Assembly (NCBI GenBank): GCA_049698775.1
Contig: JBAVYM010000041.1
Location: 5,691-69,690, forward strand
DNA: 64,000 nucleotides
Direction: 5' to 3'
Origin: Gammaproteobacteria bacterium
GTDB lineage: Bacteria > Pseudomonadota > Gammaproteobacteria > Natronospirales > REEB76
The notes under the pieces are model-generated. The model was not told where the DNA came from. It did not search any database and saw only the letters and a list, made by a program, of their open reading frames with translations. Below are positions 1 to 10,149 of this stretch, piece by piece. The number at the start of each line of letters is the position of its first letter. The stretch's first letter is position 1. Position numbers and translations under genes: made by a program.

Positions 1-1792
1 GGCGAGTGTGTATGCGATTGCCGCCTGGGTGCTGATCCAGGTCGCCAACGGGGTGTTCCCGGACATCGGCCTGACGCGCGCGGACGTGCGTGTCGTGATT
101 GCTGCGGTGGCGCTCCTGTTTCCCGTGGCCCTGGTGCTCGGCTGGATGTTCATTCCGCCTTCCAAGGAAAATCCCGCCAAGTTCTCAAGCTGGCAGCATC
201 TGCGCTGGAAACTGGGCTCGGTGCTGACCCTGGTGATCGTGGTGCTGGTGGTGATCTCCGGCATTTATCTGTGACACGTTCAAACCCGCCAGCTCAAGGC
301 TGAAGAAGTCGCCGCAGCCAAAGCACCCGCCGCCACGTCAGCTCCGGCCCCGACAACTGCCATACCGGCCAAATCCATCGCGGTGCTGACGTTCACCGAT
401 CTCTCGCCCAAACACGATCAGGGTTATTTCTCCGACGGCATGTCCGAGGAAATTCGCAATGCGCTGGCGCAAATCCAGGACCTCAAAGTCGCTGGGCGCA
501 GTTCGTCGTTCTACTACAAAGGCAGGGACGAGGATCTGCTCAGCATCGGCAAGACCTTGGGCGTGGCCAACGTATTGGAAGGCTCGGTACGCAAGCAGGG
601 CAACGAGGTGCGCATCACCGCGCAACTGGTGCGCGTCGCCGACGACACCCAGCTCTGGTCGCACGCCTACGACGGCAATCTTTCGGACGTGTTCAAGTTG
701 CAGGAAGACATCGCCCGCGCCATCACCGATCAGCTCAAGCTGGTGCTCAGCGGCAGCCAGCAGACGCAACTGGTGAACGTCGGCACTACCAATACCGCGG
801 CCTACACGTTGTATCTGAAGGCCACCGATGTCTTGAACCGGCGCGATTACGCGCACATGGACGAAGCCATCGGCTGGCTCAGGCAGGCGATCAAGCTCGA
901 TCCTGACTTCGCGCGTGCGTATGCGCGGGAAGCCATGATCGACGCTGTCGCCAACCGGCCCGAGGGTCTGCGCCCGGCGCGAAAAGCTCTCGCGCTGGAT
1001 CCTGCCGATGCCGAGGCCGATTCCGCGTTGGGCATGCTTGCGGGCTGGCAACGCCGTTACCTGGATGCGCGGGTGGCGATGAAGCGCGCATTCGCGCTGG
1101 CTCCGAACGACGCCTCGGTCAATCTGTATCTGGCTGAGGCGCTGATCGAAACCGGCTATACCCGGCAAGGTGTTGCCCATCTGGATCGCGCCCTGACGAT
1201 CGATCCGCTGCTGCCGAACGCCTCACTGTGGCGGGGCCAGCAGTATGTCTATGCCGGTGATTTCGCCGCCGCACAACGTGCGTTTCAGCGCGCCGATCAT
1301 CTGGGCTTGTCCTTCGTCAATGCCGGGTTTGCGTTGCTCGCGGAAGCGCGCGGCGATCATGCGAAGGCGCGCGCGCTGATGCTGCCCGGCCTGTTCGGAG
1401 GGGCGAGCAGTTCCTGCCTGCGGCAGCCGGCCAAGTCCCTGCCGATCGTGCTGGATGGCATATACGGCGGCGATGCGTCCGCACGCGCCAAGGCGCTGAC
1501 GATCGTCAACGAGTGTCTCGTGGCCAAACCCACGATCACGCCTGTCTGGGTGCCGTTTGCATTGATGTACCTCGGCCGGCCGCAGCGCGTGCTGGACGTA
1601 ATCGCCCTCGGTCTGACCGACAATGACGGTGCCCTGTTCCCCTATTTGTGGAGTCCGGCGGGACAAGCCGCGCGCCGCCTGCCGACCTTCGCCGCGTTCG
1701 CGCGCAAGGTCGGTTTCGCCGCGCTGTGGGACAAGTACGGCCCGCCCGACGATTGCAGCAAGAACGCCGCCGGCGATTACGTCTGCCACTGA
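1..1792 (+). pseudogene. Membrane-anchored TolB-N-like + TPR protein (paralog 1 of 3). The 5' end lies outside the window and an in-frame TGA interrupts it at 272-274.
   Basis: ORFs 8-274 and 383-1792 share one frame. The read-through translation ...VISGIYL*HVQTRQLKAEEVAAAKAPAATSAPAPTTAIPAKSIAVLTFTDLSPKHDQGYFSDGMSEEI... is collinear with the intact paralogs 2675-4492 and 55364-57121(-). The stop aligns with Trp of paralog 3 (ISGIYAWRF). Confidence 0.6.
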
Positions 1793-1939
1793 GATGAGCG
1801 CGCACACATGAACCTGTTCGCCGAACTCACACATCGCAATGAGCTGCACTTCCAGGCTCTGTTGAAGCAATGCGGCGAGGTGTGGCACGCGCAATCCGTG
1901 CTACACTGATCCCGTGTTTTAAGCATTTGGAGCAGAAAC

Positions 1940-2167
1940 ATGGCTAACCTGACTCTGAGCCTGGATGACGATATCCTGCAGAAGGCGCGCGAAGCAGCGT
2001 TGAGCGAGCGCACGTCGGTCAACGCGCTGGTGCGCGATTACCTTACGAATTATGTTGATTCGAAAAGCCGTCGGCTCAGCGCAATCGCCGCGCTCGATGG
2101 TGTGGCGCGGCGCAGCAAGTCGCGCAGCGCCAAGGCGTGGACACGAGAAGAATTGCACCGGCGCTAA
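1940..2167 (+). CDS. Type II antitoxin (VapB-like, probable ribbon-helix-helix)
   Basis: 75 aa. The N-terminus MANLTLSLDDDILQKAREAA is typical of RHH antitoxins. It lies immediately upstream of a PIN-domain gene. Confidence 0.7.
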   Translation: MANLTLSLDDDILQKAREAALSERTSVNALVRDYLTNYVDSKSRRLSAIAALDGVARRSKSRSAKAWTREELHRR

Positions 2168-2169
2168 CC

Positions 2170-2604
2170 GTGCGCGTGTTTATTGACACCAACCTGTGGG
2201 TGTATCGCCTTGACCGGCGCGAAGCCGACAAGTCGCTCTGGGTGAGCAAGTGGTTGCGCGCAATTGCGGGGGAACACGAGATCGTTGTCAGTACGCAGGT
2301 CATCATCGAACTGTGCGCAGTGCTCACGCGCAAATTCAAGCCGCCCATGCCGGCTCGTGATACGCGTGCCGCCTTGTATGCCTTGGCGCAATTCGAGGTA
2401 GTGGCGACAGATACTAACCTGGTGCTCGATGCGTATGAACTGGCCTGTGCCGAGCAGCTTGGATGGTTCGATGCACTGATCGTAGAGGCAGCGTTGCGCA
2501 CGCGCTGCCAGATACTTTTCAGCGAAGACTTCGGTCATGACCGGCGATTCGGCGATATGAGCGTATGCAATCCGTTCGTTGCCGCCAAGGCTGATCACCC
2601 GTGA
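2170..2604 (+). CDS. vapC: PIN-domain ribonuclease toxin VapC
   Basis: A GTG start at 2170 gives VRVFIDTNLWVY... The acidic PIN residues are present (FIDTN, IIELCAV, DALIVEAA, SEDFG). It starts 2 nt after the antitoxin stop. Confidence 0.8.
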   Translation: MRVFIDTNLWVYRLDRREADKSLWVSKWLRAIAGEHEIVVSTQVIIELCAVLTRKFKPPMPARDTRAALYALAQFEVVATDTNLVLDAYELACAEQLGWFDALIVEAALRTRCQILFSEDFGHDRRFGDMSVCNPFVAAKADHP

Positions 2605-2674
2605 CACCCGCGAATATGGTCGTGTCAGCGTTCGCGCGGCGCGCGCATAGCCTGATAAAGAAAGGGTGATTGGG

Positions 2675-4492
2675 ATGAGCGATTTTCTGCATCGCCTGAA
2701 GCAGCACCATCTGTACGGGGTGGTGGTGGCTTACGCGGTCGCGGTTGGATTTCTGATCCAGTTGGTGAGCCGAGCCTTTCCGTATTTCGGCTGGGCCGGC
2801 GCAGTGCCGGCGGTCATCATCGTATTGTTGCTGGGTTTCCCAGTGGTCGTGGTGCTGGCCTGGTTGCTGATCAAGCCGAAGGATCCGGCCAAATCGAATA
2901 GCTGGCAACGGCGGCACTGGAAGCTGGGGGCCGCGGTCACCGTCGTGGTGATCGTGCTGGTGGTGATTTCGGGGTTTTACGGTGTGCGGTTTTCCGAACG
3001 CTATGCCGCGCGTTTGGAAACGGCGAGCGTGGCGGCACCGTCTCAATTAGCTTCGGCTAACAGCGCGGTGCCGGCCGCGGTGATGGCCATTCCCGCCAAG
3101 TCCGTCGCAGTGTTGCCGCTCGTCAACGAAAGCGGTGACAAGGACCAGCAGTATTTTTCGGACGGACTGTCCGAAGACCTGATCACCGCGCTGTCGCAGT
3201 TCGCGGGGCTGAAAGTCATCAGCCGCGATTCCTCGTTCCGGTTTCGCGACAGCAAGGACAGTTCCACCGAGATCGGCGCCAAGCTCGGCGTCGCGCATCT
3301 GCTGGAAGGCAGCGTGCAGCGCGCGGGCGGCGACGTGCGCATCAGCGTCGAGCTGGTGAATGCCGCCGACGGCAGCGCGTTGTGGGCGCAGGATTACGAC
3401 CGGCCGTACCAGGATCTGTTCGCGCTGCAGGACGACATCACCAAGGCCGTGGCCGCTGCGCTCAAGGCGAAGCTTCTCGACACTGGCGGCGCCGCGTCGC
3501 AGAGTGACCGCCCCCCCAGCGGTAGCCTCGCCGCGTACAATGCCTACCTGCAAGGGCAGTTTTTTTTCCAGCGTGGCAGCGAAGCGGATCTGCGCGAAGC
3601 GCTTACGCAATTCGCCGAGGCCACGCACCTCGACCCGAATTACGCCGCCGCGTATGCGCAAGCGTCCCAAATCTGGACGGCACTCGCCGGGATTTATCTC
3701 GGTGGTGCGGACAAGCCGAATGCCTACGAGCAGGCGCGCACTGCAGCGGATGCCGCGCTGCGCTTGGATCCCGACCTGGCCGTGGCGCATCTGGCCAAGG
3801 CCGCCGTGATCATCAATGCCGATTTCGATTGGAGCGGGGCGAGTGCCGAACTCCGGCGTGCCCTGGAACTGGCACCGGGGAACGCCTTGGGGCAATTCTC
3901 GCTGTCCACGCGCCAGGCAGAAACCGGGCACGTCCAATCGGCGGTTCGATCCATCCAGCAAGCCTTGGCCAAGAATCCGCTGAACGCGTTCTGGCGCGAT
4001 TGGCTGGCATCCTATCTGGGCGCACTCGGCCGGTTCGACGAGGCCGAGGCGGCGGCGCGACAGAACGTCAATCTGGAACCGCAACAGGCGCTGAGCCACC
4101 GCGAGTTGACGTACGTTGAAGTGCTGCGCAACGACGCGGCGGCTGCGCTGGCTGCTGCGCAGCAGACACCGCCAGGCCGCAACCGGAATATCGCGATGGC
4201 ATGGGCGTTGCAGCTCGGTTCCGACCGCACGGCGGCGGCTGCCGCCTTGCAGAACCTGATTGAGAAGAATGCCGGCGATTCGTCGTACCAGATCGCCGAG
4301 GTGTACGCCTTGCGCCGCGATCCGGACAACATGTTCAAGTGGCTGGACCAGGCCTGGGTCAATCGCGACGACGGCATCCAGTATTTGCTCTTCGATCCCA
4401 TTCTTCTGCGCTACAAAAGCGACCCGCGCTTCGCGGCGTTCTGCAAAAAGGTGGGACTGCCGACCACCACCGATGCCAAGGCGTTGCCGTGA
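2675..4492 (+). CDS. Membrane-anchored TolB-N-like + TPR repeat protein (paralog 2 of 3, intact)
   Basis: It has two N-terminal hydrophobic segments, then AVLPLVNESGDKDQQYFSDGLSEDLITALS...GSVQRAGGDVRISVELVNAADGSALWAQDYD, then TPR-like repeats. An alternative GTG start exists at 2666. Confidence 0.8.
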   Translation: MSDFLHRLKQHHLYGVVVAYAVAVGFLIQLVSRAFPYFGWAGAVPAVIIVLLLGFPVVVVLAWLLIKPKDPAKSNSWQRRHWKLGAAVTVVVIVLVVISGFYGVRFSERYAARLETASVAAPSQLASANSAVPAAVMAIPAKSVAVLPLVNESGDKDQQYFSDGLSEDLITALSQFAGLKVISRDSSFRFRDSKDSSTEIGAKLGVAHLLEGSVQRAGGDVRISVELVNAADGSALWAQDYDRPYQDLFALQDDITKAVAAALKAKLLDTGGAASQSDRPPSGSLAAYNAYLQGQFFFQRGSEADLREALTQFAEATHLDPNYAAAYAQASQIWTALAGIYLGGADKPNAYEQARTAADAALRLDPDLAVAHLAKAAVIINADFDWSGASAELRRALELAPGNALGQFSLSTRQAETGHVQSAVRSIQQALAKNPLNAFWRDWLASYLGALGRFDEAEAAARQNVNLEPQQALSHRELTYVEVLRNDAAAALAAAQQTPPGRNRNIAMAWALQLGSDRTAAAAALQNLIEKNAGDSSYQIAEVYALRRDPDNMFKWLDQAWVNRDDGIQYLLFDPILLRYKSDPRFAAFCKKVGLPTTTDAKALP

Positions 4493-4569
4493 ATCTTCGC
4501 GGCCGGCGCTTGTGCGGCGGTGGTCACCGCGGAAACATCGGCAGATTTGATGTAAGCATACAGACGACA

Positions 4570-4586
4570 TGCTAAGATGTTTAGCA
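4570..4586. promoter_or_regulatory. Inverted repeat TGCTAA-N5-TTAGCA in the vapB2 promoter region (candidate autoregulatory operator)
   Basis: The repeat is seen directly 20-37 nt upstream of the antitoxin ATG at 4607. TA operators are usually palindromes overlapping the promoter. Confidence 0.3.
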
Positions 4587-4606
4587 CATGAAGCGAGGTA
4601 GATAGC

Positions 4607-4837
4607 ATGTCCATCATGATCCAGATCCGAAACGTACCCGACAAGGTCCACCGCGCGCTCAAGGCGCGCTCCGCGCTGGCCGGAAAGAGTCTGAGCGACC
4701 TGGTCCTCGAGGAACTCATCGCTATGGTATCCGTGCCTTCCGAAGTGGAACTCAAGGCCCGGTTGGCCGAAGCCGAACCGTTCACGATGAAGAAATCCTC
4801 CGCCGGCATTGTGCGCCGCGAGCGCGACGCGGCATGA
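4607..4837 (+). CDS. Type II antitoxin (FitA/VapB-like ribbon-helix-helix)
   Basis: MSIMIQIRNVPDKVHRALKARSALAGKSLSDLVLEEL is the FitA-like RHH pattern. It has an ATGA overlap with the downstream PIN gene. Confidence 0.8.
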   Translation: MSIMIQIRNVPDKVHRALKARSALAGKSLSDLVLEELIAMVSVPSEVELKARLAEAEPFTMKKSSAGIVRRERDAA

Positions 4838-5232
4838 GTCGAATTCTGGTCGTGGATGCCTCGGTGGCGGTTGATCTTCTGGCCCGCTTCCGGCCACAAC
4901 CGCTGGAGGAGTTGCTGTGGGCGCCCGATACCGTGCTGGCAGCGCCAGAGTTGATTGACATCGAAGTACTCAATGCGCTGCGCAAACTTGATCAGGCGGG
5001 TGCGATTCCATCCGGCCGCATCGCGGGGCTGCCGATCCTGTTGCGCGGCTTGCGCCTGCGCAAATACCGCCACGACCATCTGATTGATGGCATCTGGGCG
5101 CTGCGCAACAACCTCACAGCGTATGACGCGGCCTATGTTGTCCTTGCGCGGTTGCTGAAGGCCACGCTGGTTACACGCGACACGCGGCTTGCGCGCGCAG
5201 CGGGGTTGAACGTGCAGGTGGCTGTGCCATGA
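4834..5232 (+). CDS. vapC: PIN-domain ribonuclease toxin VapC
   Basis: The PIN acidic residues are present (LVVDASVAVDLL ... EVLNAL ... YDAAYVVLA ... VTRDTRL). It has a 4-nt overlap with the antitoxin. Confidence 0.8.
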   Translation: MSRILVVDASVAVDLLARFRPQPLEELLWAPDTVLAAPELIDIEVLNALRKLDQAGAIPSGRIAGLPILLRGLRLRKYRHDHLIDGIWALRNNLTAYDAAYVVLARLLKATLVTRDTRLARAAGLNVQVAVP

Positions 5233-5312
5233 GCATTCAAGAAGGATGAGAGTGAGTACGAGTTGAGGACGATGTAAATCCTGGGCGTTGGTCAACTGAG
5301 TGGGGGTTCGAT

Positions 5313-6323
5313 ATGCATACTGTAACGGGAAAGTGGAAGGCCATTTCTGCAGCCGTATCGCTGGGCTTGCTGCTGACCGGAGGTAGCATTGCTTTTGCGC
5401 GCAACGCCGCAATTGCGCCGAACGCCGAAATCCAGGCGGCCGAGGCGTGGGCGTTTCCGGTGTTCCCGCCGCCGCCTGATCCGCACGCGCCGAAACCCGA
5501 TCCACGCACGGTGCTGCACGTGCCGGGCAGCAAGGTGACCTACACGCAGGCGCAGTTCGACCACAGCGACGATGCCGACTGGTTTCCGCAGGATCACCCA
5601 CCGGCGCCGCAGATCGTGAGGTTGGGCCGCAAGCCGGCCCGTCCATGCGCCGAGTGCCACTTGATCAGTGGCGCGGGTGTTCCCGCCACGGCCTCGCTGG
5701 ACAGCTTGCCGAAGGTCTACATCCTCGAACAGGTCGCGGCGTTCCGCGCCGGTGAGCGCGGGATGGGCGGCCCGCCGACTGCGCACGACATGGTCGAGGA
5801 AGCGCGCGCGCTGACACCGGCCGATCTGCAACAAGCCGCTGACTACTTTTCAAGTGCAAAATTCGTCTCACGCGTGCATGTGGTCGAGATCGCATACGTC
5901 CCGAAAACGCATTGGAAGTTCTTCGTGCGCGTACCAGACGAGACCGGCGCACGCGAACCGATCGGCGAGCGCATCATCGAAATGCCTGTCAATTTCGACG
6001 ATTACGCACGTGCCGACAATCGGGCCGACTACGTTGCCTACGTGCCGCCGGGCAGCATCGAGGCAGGCGCGAAGATCGCGGCGCGGGGCGTGGGCGCTGC
6101 GCTGTCGTGCGAGTCCTGTCACGGCGCGAAGCTGCAGGGCGTGGGCGACATTCCGTATCTCGCCGGGCGCTCGCCAACCTACATCGTGCGCGAGCTGATC
6201 CTGTTCCGCACCGGCAAGCGCACGAACCCGGGCGCTGCGCCCATGCGGGTAGAAGTTTCGCATCTCACGTTGAAAGACATGATTGATGTCGCAGCGTATG
6301 CGGCATCACGCAAGCCCTCGTGA
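5313..6323 (+). CDS. Di-heme c-type cytochrome (secreted)
   Basis: It has a signal-like N-terminus and two CXXCH motifs (CAECH, CESCH). Confidence 0.8.
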   Translation: MHTVTGKWKAISAAVSLGLLLTGGSIAFARNAAIAPNAEIQAAEAWAFPVFPPPPDPHAPKPDPRTVLHVPGSKVTYTQAQFDHSDDADWFPQDHPPAPQIVRLGRKPARPCAECHLISGAGVPATASLDSLPKVYILEQVAAFRAGERGMGGPPTAHDMVEEARALTPADLQQAADYFSSAKFVSRVHVVEIAYVPKTHWKFFVRVPDETGAREPIGERIIEMPVNFDDYARADNRADYVAYVPPGSIEAGAKIAARGVGAALSCESCHGAKLQGVGDIPYLAGRSPTYIVRELILFRTGKRTNPGAAPMRVEVSHLTLKDMIDVAAYAASRKPS

Positions 6324-6373
6324 CGCAGGGTGACGATCAAGCACGTATCACCGAGGCATCGAGGAGAAGGCAC

Positions 6374-6853
6374 ATGAAAAAGATTCTGGCGGTTGCTGCA
6401 ATGGCGTGCGTGGGCCTGTTTGCGGGCGGCGCCAGCGCGCAGTCCGGGTCAGCAGCGGAACAGGCGATCCGCCCGTTGATGGCCAAGATGGGCAAGGCCG
6501 CCGGGGCGCACGACGCCGATGCCTTCATGGCATCCATGCTGCACAGTCCCAGCCTGGTGTCTGCAGTCAACGGTCGAGTGATCCATGGATGGAAAGCGCT
6601 CCACACGGCGCAAGTGAAATGGTGGAGCCGCAGCAAGGGCAATACGAAGTACGTGCCAGGTAGTGCGCCCGAGTTCATGGCAGTTGGTCCGGATGTCGAA
6701 ATCGTGACGCTGCAGATTGTCGGGCGGTACGTGTTGCCGAATGGCGAAGTCGTCACCAGTCCGTTTGTTGTCACCGATGTATGGCAACGCCTGCAGCAAG
6801 GTTGGCGCATCGTGTACAGCCACGAATCATGGGCGAAGCCGCCACCGGATTGA
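6374..6853 (+). CDS. Secreted SnoaL-like / NTF2-fold protein (DUF4440-like)
   Basis: The ATG at 6374 follows a GAGGAG RBS. The signal peptide is MKKILAVAAMACVGLFAGGASA. The C-terminus ...VWQRLQQGWRIVYSHES is typical of the NTF2-like fold. Confidence 0.6.
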   Translation: MKKILAVAAMACVGLFAGGASAQSGSAAEQAIRPLMAKMGKAAGAHDADAFMASMLHSPSLVSAVNGRVIHGWKALHTAQVKWWSRSKGNTKYVPGSAPEFMAVGPDVEIVTLQIVGRYVLPNGEVVTSPFVVTDVWQRLQQGWRIVYSHESWAKPPPD

Positions 6854-6908
6854 TGCGTGTTCGCGGCGTCACGCAAGCCCTGATCACTCTCCGGCAAGGA
6901 AACTCGAC

Positions 6909-7952
6909 ATGAAATATATCGTAATGTTGGCTCTCGTTTTCGCATTCGCCGCGCCGATCGCCGCGACGCAGGCGGCCACGGGCGACCAGATCTACTCGCA
7001 TCCGGAGCGGCTGGTGAATGCCGGGCCGACCCAACTCAACTTTTATTGCATGGGCTCGGGTTCTCCGACAGTCGTCTTTGACGCCGGCTGGGAAGACTGG
7101 TCGCCGTCGTGGGTCTTGATTCAACCTGTGATTGCACGCCACACGCGGACCTGCACCTACGACCGTGCCGGCTACGGCTTCAGCGCAGCCGGACCGATGC
7201 CGCGCACCAGCGTCGAGATTGCCAAGGAACTCCACACGGCATTGCACAATGCCCGCATCCCGGGTCCGTATCTTGTGGTCGGGCATTCGTTCGGCGGTTA
7301 CAACACCCGCACGTTTGCTGACCTTTACATGCCCGAGGTGTACGGCGAAGTCTTCGTGGATATCGCGGACGGCGATGTTGCGACGAGGGAAGGGCGTGAA
7401 TTATTCGACCACAAAATCGCACTCCATGCGTTGACCCAGTGCCGCGATGCGCTCTCCGCGCACGAGCCACTGCCGCCGATACCGTTGACCGGTCATTCCT
7501 ACGTGCCCGCGCCGAACACGCCGTGCTCGCATCAGTTCTTCCGCGGCCTGCCGATGAAGGAGTGGTCTCCGCAACTCAATGCCGCCGTCCTGCATATCGC
7601 GGAGACGCGCGTGGCGTCCTACGACGCTGCCTTTTCCGAGATGCAGGAGATGCCGACCGACGCGGATTGGCTGGTTAAACACCGGCAGTCGTTCGGCGAT
7701 CGGCCGCTGGTCATTCTTACCGCTCAGAACCATTCCTACGACAATGCCAAGACCCCGCCCGCCCTGCACGCGAAACACTTGGCATTCGAACGTGCCTGGG
7801 CGCGAACACAGCGTCGTTTTCTCTCCCTCTCGACCAACGCCAAGCAAATCCTCGTGCCGGATAGCGGCCACTACATCCAGCTCGATCAACCGCAAGTCGT
7901 GATCAACGCGATTTTGGGAGAACTGCCAAAGCGCCGGAATACGACCCCATGA
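6909..7952 (+). CDS. Secreted alpha/beta-hydrolase
   Basis: It has a signal peptide ([22 protein letters not shown]) and the nucleophile elbow GHSFGG. Confidence 0.75.
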   Translation: MKYIVMLALVFAFAAPIAATQAATGDQIYSHPERLVNAGPTQLNFYCMGSGSPTVVFDAGWEDWSPSWVLIQPVIARHTRTCTYDRAGYGFSAAGPMPRTSVEIAKELHTALHNARIPGPYLVVGHSFGGYNTRTFADLYMPEVYGEVFVDIADGDVATREGRELFDHKIALHALTQCRDALSAHEPLPPIPLTGHSYVPAPNTPCSHQFFRGLPMKEWSPQLNAAVLHIAETRVASYDAAFSEMQEMPTDADWLVKHRQSFGDRPLVILTAQNHSYDNAKTPPALHAKHLAFERAWARTQRRFLSLSTNAKQILVPDSGHYIQLDQPQVVINAILGELPKRRNTTP

Positions 7953-9160
7953 AGCCCCGCTGGCGCGCACCGATCTGGCTGATGGGCATGACGTGGATGC
8001 CGTTCGGGCTGCTGACCTGTCTGGACGCCCTAACCATCCCGCAGTTGTTGGCGGTACGGCATGTCCCCGAAGGCGCGATCGCGGCGCTGACCACGCTGGC
8101 GTATTCGCCGATCGTCTGGTGCTTCCTGGTGTGTCCCATACTTGACGTGCGCTTTACCCGGCGGTCCTACGCCGTGGCAGGCACGCTGATCGCGGCCGTG
8201 CTGACGCCGGTGGCGTTGCTGAATCTGGATCACCTGGCGCTGGTGATGGGTGTGTTGGTGGTTGCGACTCTAGCGAGTGCCCTGATGATCAACGCACTGG
8301 GCGGGTGGTTTTCGACCGTGATTCCGCACGAGGACGAGAGCCGCATGAGCGCCTGGATGTCGGTGGGCAATCTCGGGGCGTTCGGCCTGACCGCTTTCGT
8401 TGCAATCGAACTGATCAATCACTTGTCGCTGCCCGTCGCCGCGATCCTGCTGGGCGCGATGCAACTGCTGCCGTTGGCGATCTATCCGTTCATTCCGGTG
8501 ACCCGGCCCGACGCAAAGCTGGCGCGCGACAGCTTCGTGCAGTTCTTCCGTGAAATTGCCCGACTGTTCAAGCGCCGCGAAGTGCTGATTGCGCTGGCGA
8601 TGTTCCTGTTGCCATCGGCATCGTTCACGCTCAGCAACGTGCTGGGCGGGCTCGGTGATGACTTCCACGCTTCGATGCAGTGGGTCGGCACCATCGGAGC
8701 CGCCGCGAGCGTGGTGAACATCGCGGCCAGCTTGTTCCTGCCACGGCTGGCGAAACGTTTGCCGTTGCGGCCGCTGTATCTGACCATCGGCATCGTGGGC
8801 GGCCTGTTCACGTTGAGCTTGCTGTTGCTGCCGCACACGCCAACGGTTTTCGCCGTGGCGTTCCTGGGCGAAAGCTGGTTCCAGTCGCTGGCGATCACCT
8901 GTTCCATCGCCATCACCTTTGAAGTCATCGGGCGCAACAATCCGCTGGCGGCGACAACCTTCACCGTGCTGATTGCGGCAGCCGTATTGCCCATTGATTA
9001 CATGGTGGCCGTGGACGGCCACGGCTATGCATGGCACGGCGTGGCGGGAGCCTTCATCACCGATGCGGGACTGGGCATCGCCTCGTGCCTGCTATTGGCG
9101 CTGATGCTGTGGTGGATGCGGTCGAAGCTGCGGAGGCCGGCGTTGCCGGAATCGGTATAG
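7949..9160 (+). CDS. MFS transporter of the AmpG/PAT-like type
   Basis: It is a ~12-TM hydrophobic protein whose N-terminal region resembles AmpG-family permeases. It has an ATGA overlap with the hydrolase gene. Confidence 0.7.
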   Translation: MKPRWRAPIWLMGMTWMPFGLLTCLDALTIPQLLAVRHVPEGAIAALTTLAYSPIVWCFLVCPILDVRFTRRSYAVAGTLIAAVLTPVALLNLDHLALVMGVLVVATLASALMINALGGWFSTVIPHEDESRMSAWMSVGNLGAFGLTAFVAIELINHLSLPVAAILLGAMQLLPLAIYPFIPVTRPDAKLARDSFVQFFREIARLFKRREVLIALAMFLLPSASFTLSNVLGGLGDDFHASMQWVGTIGAAASVVNIAASLFLPRLAKRLPLRPLYLTIGIVGGLFTLSLLLLPHTPTVFAVAFLGESWFQSLAITCSIAITFEVIGRNNPLAATTFTVLIAAAVLPIDYMVAVDGHGYAWHGVAGAFITDAGLGIASCLLLALMLWWMRSKLRRPALPESV

Positions 9161-9315
9161 TGGCGTCGCGGGCACATCGTTGCACGCTTTCACATGCATC
9201 CGGGAAAGCGATCCAATCTCGGAATTGATCTGGAATCGAGGAGGAGGCAAATGAAAAACTTTTCCGGTTGTCGCGCGCTCGCGCAAACCCTGAATCGTTC
9301 GAGAGGAGAATAGCG

Positions 9316-9858
9316 ATGAAGAAATTGTTTGGTTTTGCTGTGTGTATTGTGATGTTTGCGGGTGGGCAGGTGCTTGCGGTTGATGGCCTGCCGCTTTCGC
9401 CGGAGCTTCAGAAACTGGATGTTTCCACGGGCCGCTGGGTGTATCACGGCGAAACGCTGAATACGCCCTTCGGCAAGGCCGGTAACTGGACCTGGAACGA
9501 GGATTGCCGCTGGTCCGAGAACCGGATTTTCATGACCTGCAGCTTCAGCAACGTCTGGTCCGGCAAAACCGTCCAGTCGCTGGTGGTGGACACCTACAAC
9601 GAGAAGGACAAGAGCTTCTGGCACTACGAATTGTTTGCAGGCGGCGGCAGCGGCGCTCAGCCTTTCATTTCCAAAATGACCATCAACGGCGATACCCGCG
9701 TCGAGTATGCCACCGGCATGGATCACGGCAAGAAGTACAAGACGCGCATTACCTACGTGTTTGATTCGCCCACGCACGTCAAGGTGAAGATTGAGATTTC
9801 CCGCTATGGTGCCCACTGGATAACGGTGGACCAGGGTGAGGGCATTAAGCAGTCCTGA
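9316..9858 (+). CDS. Secreted hypothetical protein
   Basis: The ATG at 9316 follows a GAGAGGAG RBS. The signal peptide is MKKLFGFAVCIVMFAGGQVLA. I did not recognise a family with confidence. Confidence 0.55.
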   Translation: MKKLFGFAVCIVMFAGGQVLAVDGLPLSPELQKLDVSTGRWVYHGETLNTPFGKAGNWTWNEDCRWSENRIFMTCSFSNVWSGKTVQSLVVDTYNEKDKSFWHYELFAGGGSGAQPFISKMTINGDTRVEYATGMDHGKKYKTRITYVFDSPTHVKVKIEISRYGAHWITVDQGEGIKQS

Positions 9859-9902
9859 CTTTTGGGAGGTCTGATTAAATTGTCCATATCCCAAGTTCGT
9901 CA

Positions 9903-9968
9903 TTCCGGCGAATGCCGGAATCCAGAAAAATCAATTTCTTACTGGATACCTCCCGGTGAAAGCCGGGA
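9903..9968. repeat. REP-like hairpin pair (TTCCGGC-gaat-GCCGGAA and TCCCGG-N6-CCGGGA)
   Basis: Two short perfect stems lie in the intergenic gap 9859-10149. The cattccggcgaatgccggaatccag motif is characteristic of intergenic REP elements. Confidence 0.5.
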
Positions 9969-10149
9969 TCACGCCGGTATGACGAAGTCAGAAGATCAGC
10001 GAACAAATCATGGCAATCCTGTAACGTCCAACAATACGCCATGAATATGAACGCCTCTCGCCCCGCTATGGCGGGGCATGGGGCATTTTTAGAAGTGGTG
10101 GAATATCCCAGGTTGAGGGTTTAGAATTCACCAATCGCTGGAGGATACT

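Noticed and set aside
272-340. The in-frame TGA as a selenocysteine or programmed read-through codon.
   Set aside because: There is no convincing SECIS-like hairpin immediately downstream. The aligned residue in the paralogs is Trp or Val, not Cys. A simple nonsense mutation is the more economical explanation, although read-through cannot be excluded from sequence alone.
3560-3567. T8 homopolymer inside the TPR paralog 2 CDS, and a T8/A8 run at 52122-52129 inside the Sel1-P4H gene, as possible phase-variation slippage tracts.
   Set aside because: The tracts are short and encode ordinary FFF / KK residues in frame. A single sequence gives no evidence of length variation.
3047-4897. Very long antisense ORFs: 3047-4897(-) 616 aa, 24384-25835(+) 483 aa, 19969-21180(-) 403 aa, 12375-13448(+) 357 aa, 27843-29003(+) 386 aa, 55499-56764(+) 421 aa.
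   Set aside because: Each lies opposite a gene with clear family signatures. Their translations are Arg/Gly/His/Gln-rich and low-complexity with no motifs. These are typical stop-poor shadow frames of GC-rich DNA.
4951-4964. Near-FNR box TTGATTGACATCGA, and a similar one-mismatch site TTGATCCAGATCCA inside sdhB around 27630.
   Set aside because: Both are imperfect (one mismatch in the right half-site) and lie inside coding sequence, so I did not count them as regulatory sites.
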